Positions 54,608-64,000 of a stretch of 64,000 bases of DNA are shown piece after piece. A program made the translations under genes and the position numbers. Under the pieces are notes generated by a model. The model was not told the origin of the DNA. It was given only the letters and a program-made list of their open reading frames with translations, and did no database searches. How positions within the stretch are numbered: the stretch's first letter is position 1; each line of letters opens with the position of its first letter. The stretch covers positions 25,205 through 89,204 of IMG/VR virus record IMGVR_UViG_3300043960_000133. One strand, given 5' to 3'. Source of the DNA: a virus. Lineage: Duplodnaviria; Caudoviricetes.

Positions 54608-56815
54608 ATGGCATTATTACAAGACCTGATTCAGCAGATCGACGACACAGCGCTTAAGGAGAGAATCCTGCAGGAGACAAATAAATTATTGAAGCAGAAG
54701 AAGTTCGGTTTGGTGTTTGAAGAGCATCTGCCGGAATGCACGTCGCTCTATGACGTCCCGATTCGTGTTGGCTCCAAGGTCGCTCTGAAGACCGGATACG
54801 TCAGCGATATCTATACTGTCGTAAAGATTGACGGCGATGAGGTGCAATGCGACCGAAGGGAGACACATGAGCAGAAAATATTCAAGCTGGATGAGCTGGT
54901 GACTGTGGCTGAGTTTGGTGAGCCTATTTATCCGACACTTAAACCTTTGGATACCGTGGAGAACGCTCCGGATAGTGGTCTTTGGCATACCCTGATTGAA
55001 GCGGATAATTACCATGCGCTGCAGCTTCTGGAATATCTCTATGCAGAGAAGGTGGACTGTATCTATATCGATCCACCATACAACACCGGTGCAAAGGACT
55101 GGAAATACAATAACGACTATGTAGATGGCTCTGATGCGTATCGTCATAGCAAATGGCTTTCTATGATGGAGAAGCGTCTGAAGCTTGCTAAGAAATTGTT
55201 AAATCCAAAAGACTCTGTATTACTCGTCACAATCGATGAGAAAGAGTATTTGCATCTTGGATGCTTACTCGAAGAAATGTTCCCTGATGCACGTATTCAG
55301 ATGATATCAACGCTTACAAATTCAAGAGGTGTAGCACGAGATAATGGCTTTGCACGCGTCGACGAGTACATTTTTGTTATTCAGTTTGGAAGTTCAAAGG
55401 TTAATAGACTGCCTCTGAGCGATGAGTGGCGTGTAAATGTCAATGAAAACGATACAAGGGTTACACACCTACGCTGGTCTATGCTGATAAGATCCGGATC
55501 ACATTTTTTACGAAAAGATAGCGTAAATCAGTTCTATCCTATTTTTGTTTTTAATAACGGGAAGAAGATTCATTCCGTCGGAGAACCTTATTATGGAACG
55601 AATCGTGAGGAGGTTGTGGCGCCAGAAGGAACTTTTGCAGTGTGGCCTCTTCGCCGAGACGGAGAAGAAGGGAACTGGCAGATTGCAAATACTAATTTGC
55701 GTGAGCTAATTAGGCAAGGTTTTGTAATGCTCGGAAAGAAGAAGGATAACAGAATTCCGGTCTATTATCTGAAAAAAGGTGAAATTGCTAAAGTAAAGTC
55801 AGGAGTTTATGAGATTACAGGATATCGCGAAGATGGCTCTATAATTTCAGATACCGAAGTGCGTTCTCTTGTTACGGGAACACAGTGGCGGATTGGGTCA
55901 CATGATGCAAGTACTGGCGGGACGAACCTTCTTAAATCGTTCTTTGGAACAAGTAGATTTACATTTCCAAAATCGATATATGCAGTTTATGATACTATCC
56001 GTTTCTTCTTGGCAAATAAACCGAACGCTCTTGTTGTTGACTTTTTTGCGGGTTCTGGAACGACGCTTCATGCTGTCAATTTGCTTAATGCGGTTGACGA
56101 TGGAAATAGAAGATGCATTTTAGTCACAAACAACGAAGTCTCAGTAGATGAGGCGAAAGAGCTTACACTGAAGGGACTGAAGCCCGGCGATCCCCAGTGG
56201 GATTCCCTCGGAATTGCTCGACATGTGACGTGGCCTCGTACTGTGGCCAGTATGACAGGCCGAAATATCGAGGGAAAACCTTTAGATGGTTACTATGGAT
56301 TTGAAAGCGATTGCTATGAAGTAGATGAATCAATAGCTGTTGTATCGAAAGCCACAGGAAAGCCGACAAAGGCAACTGTTTATCGTAAAGGTAAAAGGCA
56401 GATGTATCCGGAACTTTGTGAGATAAAAATGGCTGATGGGTTTAAGGCAAATGCTGCCTTCTTCAAACTGAGCTTCCTCGACAAAACCTCCGTTGCTCTC
56501 GGCAGGCAGTTCCGAGAGTTGCTTCCGGTGCTCTGGATGAAGGGCGGAGCTATTGGCAAGTGCCCGGCTCTTGAAAATGATGATCTCCCGAACATGTTGA
56601 TCTTGCCGAAAAACAAAATGGCAGTTCTGATAGATGAAATATATTATTCAGAGTTCGATGCCGAATTGAGCCAGCATCCAGAAATCCAGACAGTTTTCAT
56701 TGTGACGGATTCAGAAACAGCATATCGGTCGATGATTCGTACTTACGATGACAAAGACTGCTACCAGCTTTACAGAGACTATCTGGATAATTTCAGAATC
56801 AATACGGGGAGGTAA
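54608..56815 (+). CDS. mod: Type III-like adenine DNA methyltransferase (Mod)
   Basis: EADNYHAL, IYIDPPYN, FTFPK, DFFAGSGTT. Confidence 0.88.
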   Translation: MALLQDLIQQIDDTALKERILQETNKLLKQKKFGLVFEEHLPECTSLYDVPIRVGSKVALKTGYVSDIYTVVKIDGDEVQCDRRETHEQKIFKLDELVTVAEFGEPIYPTLKPLDTVENAPDSGLWHTLIEADNYHALQLLEYLYAEKVDCIYIDPPYNTGAKDWKYNNDYVDGSDAYRHSKWLSMMEKRLKLAKKLLNPKDSVLLVTIDEKEYLHLGCLLEEMFPDARIQMISTLTNSRGVARDNGFARVDEYIFVIQFGSSKVNRLPLSDEWRVNVNENDTRVTHLRWSMLIRSGSHFLRKDSVNQFYPIFVFNNGKKIHSVGEPYYGTNREEVVAPEGTFAVWPLRRDGEEGNWQIANTNLRELIRQGFVMLGKKKDNRIPVYYLKKGEIAKVKSGVYEITGYREDGSIISDTEVRSLVTGTQWRIGSHDASTGGTNLLKSFFGTSRFTFPKSIYAVYDTIRFFLANKPNALVVDFFAGSGTTLHAVNLLNAVDDGNRRCILVTNNEVSVDEAKELTLKGLKPGDPQWDSLGIARHVTWPRTVASMTGRNIEGKPLDGYYGFESDCYEVDESIAVVSKATGKPTKATVYRKGKRQMYPELCEIKMADGFKANAAFFKLSFLDKTSVALGRQFRELLPVLWMKGGAIGKCPALENDDLPNMLILPKNKMAVLIDEIYYSEFDAELSQHPEIQTVFIVTDSETAYRSMIRTYDDKDCYQLYRDYLDNFRINTGR

Positions 56816-56817
56816 CC

Positions 56818-59700
56818 ATGAGAGTAGAATTATTCCCTTTTCAGAAAAGAGCGCTTGCTGATATCCGTATGAAGACTGCGGAGGCAATGGGTAGCTATCA
56901 CAGAACACATGCGCCGCAGGTGGTTTCTTTCACTGCACCGACTGGCGCTGGAAAGACTATCATCATGTCTGCGTTGATTGAGGCTATTTTTTTCGGCGAC
57001 GAACAGTATATGGAGCAGCCTGATGCAATCATTGTCTGGCTCTCGGATTCGCCTCAGCTTAACGAGCAGTCAAAACAAAAGATCGACTCAAAAGCTGATA
57101 AGATCAAGCTGTCGCAGTGCGTAACGGTTTCCGAGGAATCCTTTGATAAAGAGATGTTTGAGGATGGTCATGTTTATTTCTTAAATACGCAGAAGTTGTC
57201 GGTTACCTCCAAGCTCACGAAAAACGGCGATGGCAGGACTTATACGATCTGGCAGACGCTTGCAAATACTGCCCGGGAAAAGAACGACCGGCTGTACTTT
57301 ATCATCGATGAAGCACACCGTGGCATGCAGGGACGTGAGGCCAGCAAGGCTACCACGATCATGCAGAAGTTCATCAAGGGCAGTGATTCGGATGGCATTC
57401 CGCCCATGCCGGTTGTCATCGGTATGTCCGCTACCACGCAGAGATTCAATGCGCTGGTCGAAGGCACATCCTCTACAATTCACAAGTCTATCGTGACGAC
57501 GGATGAGGTGCGAGCTTCTGGTCTATTAAAAGACCGGATCGTTATTACCTATCCGGAAGAAGGCACGGTCAATAATGATATGGCCATTTTGCAAGCTGCT
57601 GCGGATGACTGGAAGGAAAAGTGGGAACACTGGACGCAGTATTGCTTTGAGCAGCACTACGCCTATGTAAATCCGATCTTGATTATTCAGGTTTTGAACG
57701 GAACAGGTGATGCTCTGACGGATACCAATCTGGACGACTGTATTGCAAAGATCGAGGAACGTACCGGCTTTAAGCTGGAAAGTGGACAGGTGGTTCATAC
57801 TTTCAGTGGCACGACAGCCACATTGACCGTCAATGGGCTCGACGTGCGTTATGAAGAGCCTTCTAATATCGCCGAGGACAGAAATATCCGTGTGGTATTC
57901 TTCAAAGAGAATCTTTCCACAGGATGGGATTGCCCGCGAGCAGAGACCATGATGTCCTTTAAGCATGCTAATGATGCCACCTACATAGCGCAGCTTCTCG
58001 GTCGAATGGTAAGAACACCGATGCAGATGCATATTCAGGTGGACGACGTTTTGAACGACGTGCATCTCTATTTGCCGTACTTCAATGAGGATACCGTGAA
58101 GGACGTTGTGGAAGCCTTGCAGAGCACAGAAGGCGGAGATATTCCGACCGATATTTATGGCGAGCCCCTGTCTGGAAAGAAATTTGAAACACTGACTGTC
58201 AGGCCGAAGAAGAAAAAGGAAGAGCAGCAGATACCGGGACAGATGACTTTATTTGATGTGTTCTCTGGGCAGAACACAGGCGAACAGCAGTCTGCGGAAG
58301 CAACTTCGGAGCCAACTGGCAACACGACTCCGATAGCACAGCCTCAAGCTACTGGTGGACAAGCACAGCAAGCAGAAACGCCAGAACGGTGCCAGACACA
58401 GTCGAGTACAGATACAACACCTCCTGCCCAGTCTACACCGGTTACTCCACAGTCCTCTGGTATGGCAACACCGTCCGAGAATAATGCTGCGGGAAGTCAG
58501 CAGGCGGTTCAGACGGAAACTTCTGAAGAGGAAGATCTGTTTGATCGTGAAGAGGTTATGAAGTTTATAAATGATGCAGGTTTGCTTTCCTATAACGTCA
58601 GAGCGCTTAGGATCAATAACTACCTAAAATCTTTGTATAAGATGGCACATCTTCTTACGATGTCCAAATTGCACCGTGAGGCGATCCGGGAGGTTCAGGA
58701 TGAGATTGTTGAGATAATCCACAGCTATGTGGAAGGCCTCAAGGCAGATGGGAAATATGATGACCTTGTTCAGCAGGTCAAACAGTTCAAACTGGCGACC
58801 CAGATTTTTGATGCCTTCGGAGAAACTGTGGATAACTTTTCGGTGCATGATATGTTCACGACGACGGATACTGATATCGATCGACAATTTCAGATTGCCG
58901 AAGTAAAGCTCGGTCGAGAAGGTATCGGTATGGCTTATGGAAAGAAGTATATGGATATGTCCGATCTGTCGGCATTTAAAGTTGACGTTATTCTCTTTGT
59001 GGCAGATGAAGAGTGTATGAATCGGTTGCATTCCTATGCGGAGACGCGCTTTCATGGATTGAATGATGATTATCGCAGATATTTTGCAACTATAGATTCA
59101 GAGAAAATTCGTAAAGCGTATGACAGTATCGTTTCCGATGGCGATCCTGTAAGCAAGCACAATTTCCGTTTGCCAGAGACCATTCAGGTACCACATGAAG
59201 TGGGGGGCAAAGAATATAGGGATCATCTCTTTGTTAGTGATATAACCGGTGTTGCAACGATGAAGTTGAATACTTGGGAAGCCGGAGTTATTGAAGAGGA
59301 AGAAAAACGAGAAGACTTTGTCTGCTGGATTCGTAATCCATCCAGAGGCTCATGGGCGCTTTGCATTCCTTACGAAATCGATGGTGAAATAAGGCCTGCC
59401 TATCCCGATTTTATTATCGTAAGAAAAGATCGTGTACTTGGATATGTCGTTGATGTTCTTGAACCACATAATCCTGATTTCAAGGACAATCTTGGAAAAG
59501 CGAAAGGATTTACAGAGTATGCAAAACAGAATCCGGGTGTGGGAAGAATTCAGCTAATTCGTATGAGTAAAAATGCAGCCGGAAACCACAAGTTTAAAAG
59601 ACTGGATATGTCTAAAACAGCTATTCGAGAAAAAGTCTCTCATGCTATAAATACAGATGAACTCGATCACATATTTGATACGGATGGAGTTATCGAATAA
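56818..59700 (+). CDS. res: Type III-like restriction subunit (SF2 helicase + PD-(D/E)xK nuclease)
   Basis: APTGAGKT, IIDEAH, MSAT, GWDCPRA, GRMVR; C-terminal YPDF...LEPH. Confidence 0.85.
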   Translation: MRVELFPFQKRALADIRMKTAEAMGSYHRTHAPQVVSFTAPTGAGKTIIMSALIEAIFFGDEQYMEQPDAIIVWLSDSPQLNEQSKQKIDSKADKIKLSQCVTVSEESFDKEMFEDGHVYFLNTQKLSVTSKLTKNGDGRTYTIWQTLANTAREKNDRLYFIIDEAHRGMQGREASKATTIMQKFIKGSDSDGIPPMPVVIGMSATTQRFNALVEGTSSTIHKSIVTTDEVRASGLLKDRIVITYPEEGTVNNDMAILQAAADDWKEKWEHWTQYCFEQHYAYVNPILIIQVLNGTGDALTDTNLDDCIAKIEERTGFKLESGQVVHTFSGTTATLTVNGLDVRYEEPSNIAEDRNIRVVFFKENLSTGWDCPRAETMMSFKHANDATYIAQLLGRMVRTPMQMHIQVDDVLNDVHLYLPYFNEDTVKDVVEALQSTEGGDIPTDIYGEPLSGKKFETLTVRPKKKKEEQQIPGQMTLFDVFSGQNTGEQQSAEATSEPTGNTTPIAQPQATGGQAQQAETPERCQTQSSTDTTPPAQSTPVTPQSSGMATPSENNAAGSQQAVQTETSEEEDLFDREEVMKFINDAGLLSYNVRALRINNYLKSLYKMAHLLTMSKLHREAIREVQDEIVEIIHSYVEGLKADGKYDDLVQQVKQFKLATQIFDAFGETVDNFSVHDMFTTTDTDIDRQFQIAEVKLGREGIGMAYGKKYMDMSDLSAFKVDVILFVADEECMNRLHSYAETRFHGLNDDYRRYFATIDSEKIRKAYDSIVSDGDPVSKHNFRLPETIQVPHEVGGKEYRDHLFVSDITGVATMKLNTWEAGVIEEEEKREDFVCWIRNPSRGSWALCIPYEIDGEIRPAYPDFIIVRKDRVLGYVVDVLEPHNPDFKDNLGKAKGFTEYAKQNPGVGRIQLIRMSKNAAGNHKFKRLDMSKTAIREKVSHAINTDELDHIFDTDGVIE

Positions 59701-59787
59701 GGAGAATTTCCATTATGGAAAATGAGCGACACTCATTGTCGCTGCTCTTTCAAAATAGAGCCTTTCCCTATGTATCATCACAATAGT

Positions 59788-59998
59788 TGTCAGTGAGAGA
59801 AATGAGCTTTTGCGGTATAATTGAGGTACCATAGAACGAAGATGACAGCCATACAGTGTAGCAACGAACTCCGCAAAGCCATTCTTCGCCGTATCCTGCC
59901 GCCGAACAGTGAACCTATCAGCCGAGTCGTATCCGAGGAGGGAATCCCCAGCAGACTATCCGTTTTTCGTGAGAGAATGGCTCACTTTTTCACTGACA
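59788..59998 (+). mobile_element. Internally deleted IS3/IS481-like miniature element (about 211 bp)
   Basis: TG...CA ends; IRL TGTCAGTGAGAGAAATGAGC versus IRR (reverse complement) TGTCAGTGAAAAAGTGAGC; internal fragment SNELRKAILRRILPPNSEPISRVVSEEGI resembles a transposase OrfA N-terminus. Confidence 0.65.
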
Positions 59999-60067
59999 TT
60001 CACAACACTGCAACGAAGGCTGTTATAGGTATAACATAGCTGTACTTATTATTTAAGTGCAAGTAAT

Positions 60068-60105
60068 AAAAAACGGATGCTCATTACGGGCATCCGTTTT
60101 TTTTT
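60068..60105. terminator. Bidirectional terminator
   Basis: AAAAAACGGATGC...GCATCCGTTTTTTTTT. Confidence 0.75.
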
Positions 60106-60178
60106 GCCTTCATAGTACTTAACGATAGCCGTTTTGTCCTATTACTCCTGAAGACCAAAATTTCAGGAGGTGTCCATC

Positions 60179-60571
60179 ATGACGGACGAACAGAAACAAC
60201 AGATCATTGCCCTGCGCCGGGATGGGGCGGGGTATGGCAGGATAGCGGCGCAGCTCCAGATTTCCATCAATACGGTGAAATCGTTCTGCAGGCGGCACAG
60301 CTTGGCTGCGGAGATGACGGCATCGGTTTGTGAGCAGTGCGGCCAGCCGATTGAACAGAATCCTGGACGGAAGCGGAAACGGTTCTGCTCGGATTCCTGC
60401 CGGAACAAGTGGTGGAATGCTCATCTGGAGCTGGTGAAGCGGAAGGCAGTCTACACCTTCACCTGTCCGGCCTGCGGGAAAGAATTCACCGTCTACGGCA
60501 ACAGGCATCGGAAGTTCTGCTCCCACGCCTGCTATATCGCTTATCGGTTCGGAGGTGTACGCCATGGATAA
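60179..60571 (+). CDS. HTH + zinc-ribbon protein associated with recombinase module
   Basis: GAGYGRIAAQLQISINTVKSFCRR; CEQCG...FCSDSC; CPACG...FCSHAC. Confidence 0.8.
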   Translation: MTDEQKQQIIALRRDGAGYGRIAAQLQISINTVKSFCRRHSLAAEMTASVCEQCGQPIEQNPGRKRKRFCSDSCRNKWWNAHLELVKRKAVYTFTCPACGKEFTVYGNRHRKFCSHACYIAYRFGGVRHG

Positions 60572-60725
60572 GAGGTCGTTTCAAAATGAAACAGCCTTTC
60601 AGGTGGTGATGCATCTGGCAAGGCGGATGCTGGCCGGGAAGCTCATCACCGGGAAGGAGTACCGGGACTTCGAGCAGGAGATGCTCCGCCGATATCAGCC
60701 GTTTTCCGGGGATTTATACACTTGA
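60564..60725 (+). CDS. Small SHOCT-like protein (53 aa)
   Basis: RBS GGAGGTG; MDKRSFQNE...GKLITGKEYRDFEQEMLRRYQP; below the ORF-track cutoff. Confidence 0.6.
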   Translation: MDKRSFQNETAFQVVMHLARRMLAGKLITGKEYRDFEQEMLRRYQPFSGDLYT

Positions 60726-60751
60726 TAATTGTATCAAACAGAGTGATATAT
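60720..60751 (+). promoter_or_regulatory. Promoter-like motif related to the cassette promoters
   Basis: ACTTGATAATTGTATCAAACAGAGTGATATAT, same CTTG...AGAGTGATATAT spacing as the 23-27 kb copies. Confidence 0.55.
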
Positions 60752-60773
60752 AGTGTCGAAAGGAGCTGATTCT

Positions 60774-62447
60774 ATGCGGACTATCCGTAAGATTGAACGA
60801 AGCATACCTGATTTGAAACAAAGAAAGAAAGTCGCAGCCTATGCCCGCGTATCCATGGAATCGGAGCGGATGCACCATTCCCTTTCGGCGCAGGTCAGCT
60901 ATTACAGCAGTCTCATCCAGAAGAACCAGGACTGGGAATATGCCGGGGTATATGCCGACTATGGCATCTCCGGGACGGGGATGAAGAAGCGGCAGGAATT
61001 CCGGCGGATGCTGGAAGATGCCGAGGCCGGGAAGATTGACATTATCCTGACCAAGTCCATCCAGCGTTTTGCCCGCAATACCGTAGACCTTCTGCGTACC
61101 GTCCGGCATTTGAAAGAGCTGGGCATCGAAGTCTGGTTTGAAAAAGAGAATATCCATACCATGAGCGGTGACGGCGAGCTGATGATGACCATCCTGGCTT
61201 CCTTTGCCCAGGAAGAGAGCCGCTCCATCAGTGAAAATGTCCGGTGGCGCATCAAGAAACAGTTTGAGCAGGGAAACCCCAACGGCCGGTTCCGTGTCTA
61301 TGGATACCGCTGGGAAGGAGATAAGCTGGTGGTAGTCCCTGAGGAAGCGGCTGTTGTCAGACGCATCTTCCAGAATTTCCTTGATGGCAAATCCCGGCTT
61401 GAAACAGAACGGGAATTTGCTGCCGAAGGCATCAAGACCCGGAGTGGCTGCCGCTGGATGGATTCCAACATCAAGGTCGTCCTGACCAATATCACCTATA
61501 CTGGCAATATGCTCTTCCAGAAAGAATATGTGACGGATCCAATCCTCAAGAAACGGAAGAAGAATCGGGGCGAACTTCCTAGGTATTATGTTGAAAACAC
61601 GCATGAGCCTATCATCAACAAGGAAACCTTTGATTATGTGCAACAAGAGATGGCGCGGCGGAAGGAACTGGGGGCGCTGGCCAATAAGTCCTTGAACACG
61701 ACCTGCTTCACCGGAAAAATCAAATGCGGCATCTGCGGCCGGAGTTATATGCACAATCTCCGCACAGACCGGGGATTTGAAGAATTCTGGGATTGCGGCT
61801 CTCATAAGCTGAAAGGCCGGAACTGTGGCGCGAAAGGCAGTATCCCGCAGGCAGTCCTCATGAAGGAGTGTACGGAAGTCCTGGGCTTGGATGATTTCGA
61901 TGAACAGACTTTCCTTGACCAAGTCGAAAAGATAGTAGTGCCAGAATACCATGTGATGGTTTTCTGTATGAAAGACGGACGGAAAATTACCAGGCACTGG
62001 GTATCGACGGCAAAGAAGGATTGCTGGACCGAGGAATATAAGAATCGCCAGAGGGCATGGATGAAAAACTACATGGCCAATGGCAAGGGAACCCGCTTCT
62101 CCGCCTTTACGACCCGTATCCGGTGCGCCTTGTGCGGCTCCTCTTTCCGGCGATGCAAAGTGAAGAACGACCGAGCTGTTTATTGGCGATGCAGCAAAGG
62201 CGGTCAATGTGAATCGGTCAGCATCCGGGAAGATGACCTGAAGCGTGTGGCTGCAGAGGTTATTGGGTTAAAGTCTTTTGATGGAGATGTCTTCCGGGAA
62301 GAAGTGGAATATATCGAAGCCGGAAAGCAAAACTATTTGATCGTCCATTTCAAGGACGGGAGAATGGAAGAAACTTCCTATACGCCGTCTGGGCGGCGCT
62401 CCAAGGCACGGGGAAAGGAGAGCAGAGAAAAGTGGCAAAGACAGTAA
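60774..62447 (+). CDS. Large serine recombinase 1
   Basis: AAYARVS, YADYGISGT, TKSIQRFARN, recombinase domain, Zn ribbons. Confidence 0.92.
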   Translation: MRTIRKIERSIPDLKQRKKVAAYARVSMESERMHHSLSAQVSYYSSLIQKNQDWEYAGVYADYGISGTGMKKRQEFRRMLEDAEAGKIDIILTKSIQRFARNTVDLLRTVRHLKELGIEVWFEKENIHTMSGDGELMMTILASFAQEESRSISENVRWRIKKQFEQGNPNGRFRVYGYRWEGDKLVVVPEEAAVVRRIFQNFLDGKSRLETEREFAAEGIKTRSGCRWMDSNIKVVLTNITYTGNMLFQKEYVTDPILKKRKKNRGELPRYYVENTHEPIINKETFDYVQQEMARRKELGALANKSLNTTCFTGKIKCGICGRSYMHNLRTDRGFEEFWDCGSHKLKGRNCGAKGSIPQAVLMKECTEVLGLDDFDEQTFLDQVEKIVVPEYHVMVFCMKDGRKITRHWVSTAKKDCWTEEYKNRQRAWMKNYMANGKGTRFSAFTTRIRCALCGSSFRRCKVKNDRAVYWRCSKGGQCESVSIREDDLKRVAAEVIGLKSFDGDVFREEVEYIEAGKQNYLIVHFKDGRMEETSYTPSGRRSKARGKESREKWQRQ

Positions 62448-64000
62448 GGGCTATCCCGGCAACCATCAGCCGTTATACAGCGGCTCCGATTAACAGCCGG
62501 AAGAAACGGAGAGTAGCTGGCTATGCCCGGGTTTCCACGGATCATGATGACCAGGTTACCAGCTATGCCGCACAGGTGGATTATTACACGAATTACATCA
62601 AGGGACGGGATGACTGGGAGTTCGTCGGCATCTACACCGATGAAGGCATCTCGGCTACCAACACCCGGCACCGTGATGGCTTCAAGCGGATGGTCAGGGA
62701 TGCCATGGATGGGAAAATCGACCTCATCGTCACGAAATCGGTCAGCCGTTTCGCCAGAAACACCGTGGACAGCCTGACGACGGTACGCAAGCTCAAGGAC
62801 AAGGGCATCGAGATATATTTCGAGAAGGAAAACATCTGGACGCTTGATGCCAAGGGCGAACTTCTCATCACCATCATGAGTTCCCTGGCGCAGGAAGAAA
62901 GCCGGAGCATCTCGGAAAACGTCACCTGGGGCCATCGGAAGCGGTTTGCTGACGGCAAGGTGTGTGTGCCGTTCGGCCATTTCCTCGGGTATGACCGGGG
63001 GCCGGACGGGAATCTGGTCGTCAACCGGGAGCAGGCCAAGACGGTGAAGCTGATTTACCGCTTGTTCCTGGACGGGTATACCTTCCACTCTATTGCCAAG
63101 GAGCTGACTGCCAGAGGGCTGGAAACCCCAGCGAAAAAGAAACGCTGGTATCCGGGGACGGTAGAGAGCATCCTGACAAATGAGAAATATAAGGGCGATG
63201 CTCTGCTGCAGAAGCGGTTCACCATCAACTTCCTGACCAAAGAAACGAAGATGAATGAAGGGGAAGTGCCGCAGTACTATGTAGAAAACAATCACGAAGC
63301 CATCATCAGCCCGCAGGTCTTCGACTGGGTGCAGGAAGAAATCAAGCGGCGGCGTGAGGGCAGGAGCCGTTACAGCGGCGTATCCATCTTCTCCAGCAAG
63401 ATCAAATGCGGCCAGTGCGGCGGCTGGTACGGGGCAAAGGTCTGGCACTCGACCGATAAGTACCGCAGAACCATCTACCGGTGCAACGACAAGTTCAAGA
63501 GCCACTGCAAGACACCGCATCTGACGGAGGATGATATTAAGGAAGTCTTTATCCGGGCCGCCAACCGGCTCATCGAAAACAAAGCGGACGTACTTGACAG
63601 CATCACCCTGCTGAAGGAACGGCTTACCGACACAGAAGCCCTGGAAGAGGAGTGGGACAAGATCAGCACAGATTTAAACCTGCTGGCCGACAAGGTGCAG
63701 CAGCTCATAGCCGAGAATGCTCGGGTCGCGCAGAACCAGGATGATTATGACCAAAAGTACAGCGAGCTGGTCAGCCGATATGAAGCGGCGAAGAAGCAGT
63801 ATGACAAGACCTGTGATGACATCCAATATCGCAAGGCCCGGAGTCGTCAGATGGACAGCTTCATCAAGGAGCTTCAGGAGCAGGAACTCATCAAGGAGTT
63901 CGATGCCAGGCTGTGGGGCAGCCTGGTGGACTTCATCACGGTGTACAGCAAAGACGATATCCGGGTGACCTTCAAGGACGGAACGGAAATAAAAGGATGA
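62432..64000 (+). CDS. Large serine recombinase 2
   Basis: AGYARVST, YTDEGISAT, TKSVSRFARN, KIKCGQCG Zn ribbon, coiled coil. Confidence 0.93.
   Translation: MAKTVRAIPATISRYTAAPINSRKKRRVAGYARVSTDHDDQVTSYAAQVDYYTNYIKGRDDWEFVGIYTDEGISATNTRHRDGFKRMVRDAMDGKIDLIVTKSVSRFARNTVDSLTTVRKLKDKGIEIYFEKENIWTLDAKGELLITIMSSLAQEESRSISENVTWGHRKRFADGKVCVPFGHFLGYDRGPDGNLVVNREQAKTVKLIYRLFLDGYTFHSIAKELTARGLETPAKKKRWYPGTVESILTNEKYKGDALLQKRFTINFLTKETKMNEGEVPQYYVENNHEAIISPQVFDWVQEEIKRRREGRSRYSGVSIFSSKIKCGQCGGWYGAKVWHSTDKYRRTIYRCNDKFKSHCKTPHLTEDDIKEVFIRAANRLIENKADVLDSITLLKERLTDTEALEEEWDKISTDLNLLADKVQQLIAENARVAQNQDDYDQKYSELVSRYEAAKKQYDKTCDDIQYRKARSRQMDSFIKELQEQELIKEFDARLWGSLVDFITVYSKDDIRVTFKDGTEIKG

Larger units (their letters stand above)
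21400..64000 (+). mobile_element. Prophage 2 (HK97-type head, Xkd-type contractile tail, tandem serine recombinases); early/replication module not in window
   Basis: HNH, terS, terL, portal, protease, capsid, sheath, tube, baseplate, lysis, cargo and recombinases in order. Confidence 0.9.

Noticed and set aside
59821-60039. 72-aa ORF as a functional transposase
   Set aside because: Only a short OrfA-like fragment is present, with no DDE domain; treated as a deleted IS remnant.

Overview
The window holds two different prophages back to back, and no host housekeeping genes are visible. The host is plausibly a diderm Firmicute (Negativicutes); this is an inference from gene content. Prophage 1 (about 1-21.4 kb, late half only) is a non-contractile-tail phage with an HK97-type head and a scrambled head/tail gene order. 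It has a GTA-like tail tip (DUF2460-like, DUF2163-like, NlpC/P60, large tail protein) and a lysis cassette in which a YkuD/L,D-transpeptidase-like protein sits where the endolysin should be, followed by two fully overlapping spanin-like ORFs. It ends in a four-gene operon whose promoter carries three TATACGTATA palindromes at exact 23-bp spacing, an Acr/Aca-like layout. Prophage 2 (about 21.4-64 kb) has an HK97-type head and an Xkd-type contractile tail. It starts with HNH and a ParB-MTase, then an array of small genes each behind a repeated promoter-hairpin-RBS cassette (including an amidoligase and a gamma-glutamylcyclotransferase), terS/terL and a HigBA-like toxin-antitoxin pair. Its portal gene is split in frame by an Ll.LtrB-like group II intron (30883-33342). 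After the tail, a lipoprotein moron and holin/amidase comes an 8-kb cargo: two TcmP-like SAM-dependent proteins, a radical-SAM enzyme and a type III-like Mod/Res pair, bracketed by IS-type terminal repeats. Prophage 2 ends in two tandem large serine recombinases. The best candidates for undescribed systems are the TcmP-TcmP-radical SAM-Mod-Res cassette, the operator-gated small-gene operon and the promoter-cassette gene array. All family assignments are from motif recognition by eye; no database searches were run.
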